DNA of 64,000 bases from Callorhinchus milii (Eukaryota), in the NCBI RefSeq assembly GCF_018977255.1, contig NW_024704743.1:110486001-110550000 (forward strand), read 5' to 3'. The position numbers were made by a program, and so were the translations under genes. Each line of letters opens with the position of its first letter. Within the stretch, counting starts at the first letter, position 1. Of the stretch, positions 63,636 to 64,000 are shown one piece after another. The notes under the pieces are model-generated. The model was not told the origin of the DNA. It worked only from the letters and a program-made list of their open reading frames with translations, and ran no database searches.

Positions 63636-64000
63636 CTAAAGAAACACAAGAGCTTTCAGCCAGTAAAACAAATGTTTACAATACCTCATTCCACTGTTCA
63701 AAAAATTAGGGTTTCCTCACAATCATTTATTTAATAATTCTAGTTCACCTATGGAAGTTCGGCCACTGAGTTTTAGTAGGTTATTTCACCGTGGAAGCAT
63801 CACCATCAAGTATAACCTTGTCTTCATCCAACATTTACATATGTGCCCCCCCATCAGCAGCCACTGGATAGCTTTCAGGAGCTAGAACTTTGGCTGATAA
63901 TCCTCTCTCTAACCTGAGGCACTGAAGCCCACCATAGAGCTCTATGATATGAGTTAACTCAGCACTGATTGGAAATGCACCGGAAGCTTTTCCATTTCTG

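Overview
Eukaryotic, intron-rich vertebrate genomic DNA. The repeat content (Deu-domain SINEs, L2, CR1, Penelope) suggests a cartilaginous fish, possibly a chimaera; this is an inference. I reconstructed six genes by hand from splice sites and reading-frame phase: SNX16 (+, 157-18619, 7 coding exons, 346 aa), CHMP4C (-, 35396-25099, 5 exons, 215 aa), ZFAND1 (+, 35747-44753, 8 exons, 268 aa), single-exon SLC10A5 (+, 46892-48193), IMPA1 (+, 50799-57251, 8 coding exons, 284 aa), and the 3' end of an RNF31/HOIP-like linear-ubiquitin ligase on the minus strand (63167-63635, continuing beyond the window). The SNX16-CHMP4C-ZFAND1-SLC10A5-IMPA1 block matches human 8q21, but there the next neighbours are FABP genes, so the HOIP-like gene is the main surprise and may be a genome-duplication paralogue absent from the mammalian locus. 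Other points of interest: a Penelope retroelement with a hammerhead-ribozyme core just after the IMPA1 stop, a CHMP4C tail lacking the mammalian Aurora-B insertion, a bidirectional promoter flanked by mirror-image GT/CA tracts, a kappaB/TonE-like minisatellite at the IMPA1 5' end, a GC-AG intron, and a perfect 43-bp inverted templated insertion. Most ORFs in the supplied track are retroelement fragments or low-complexity artefacts. Protein comparisons are from recalled sequences, not database searches.
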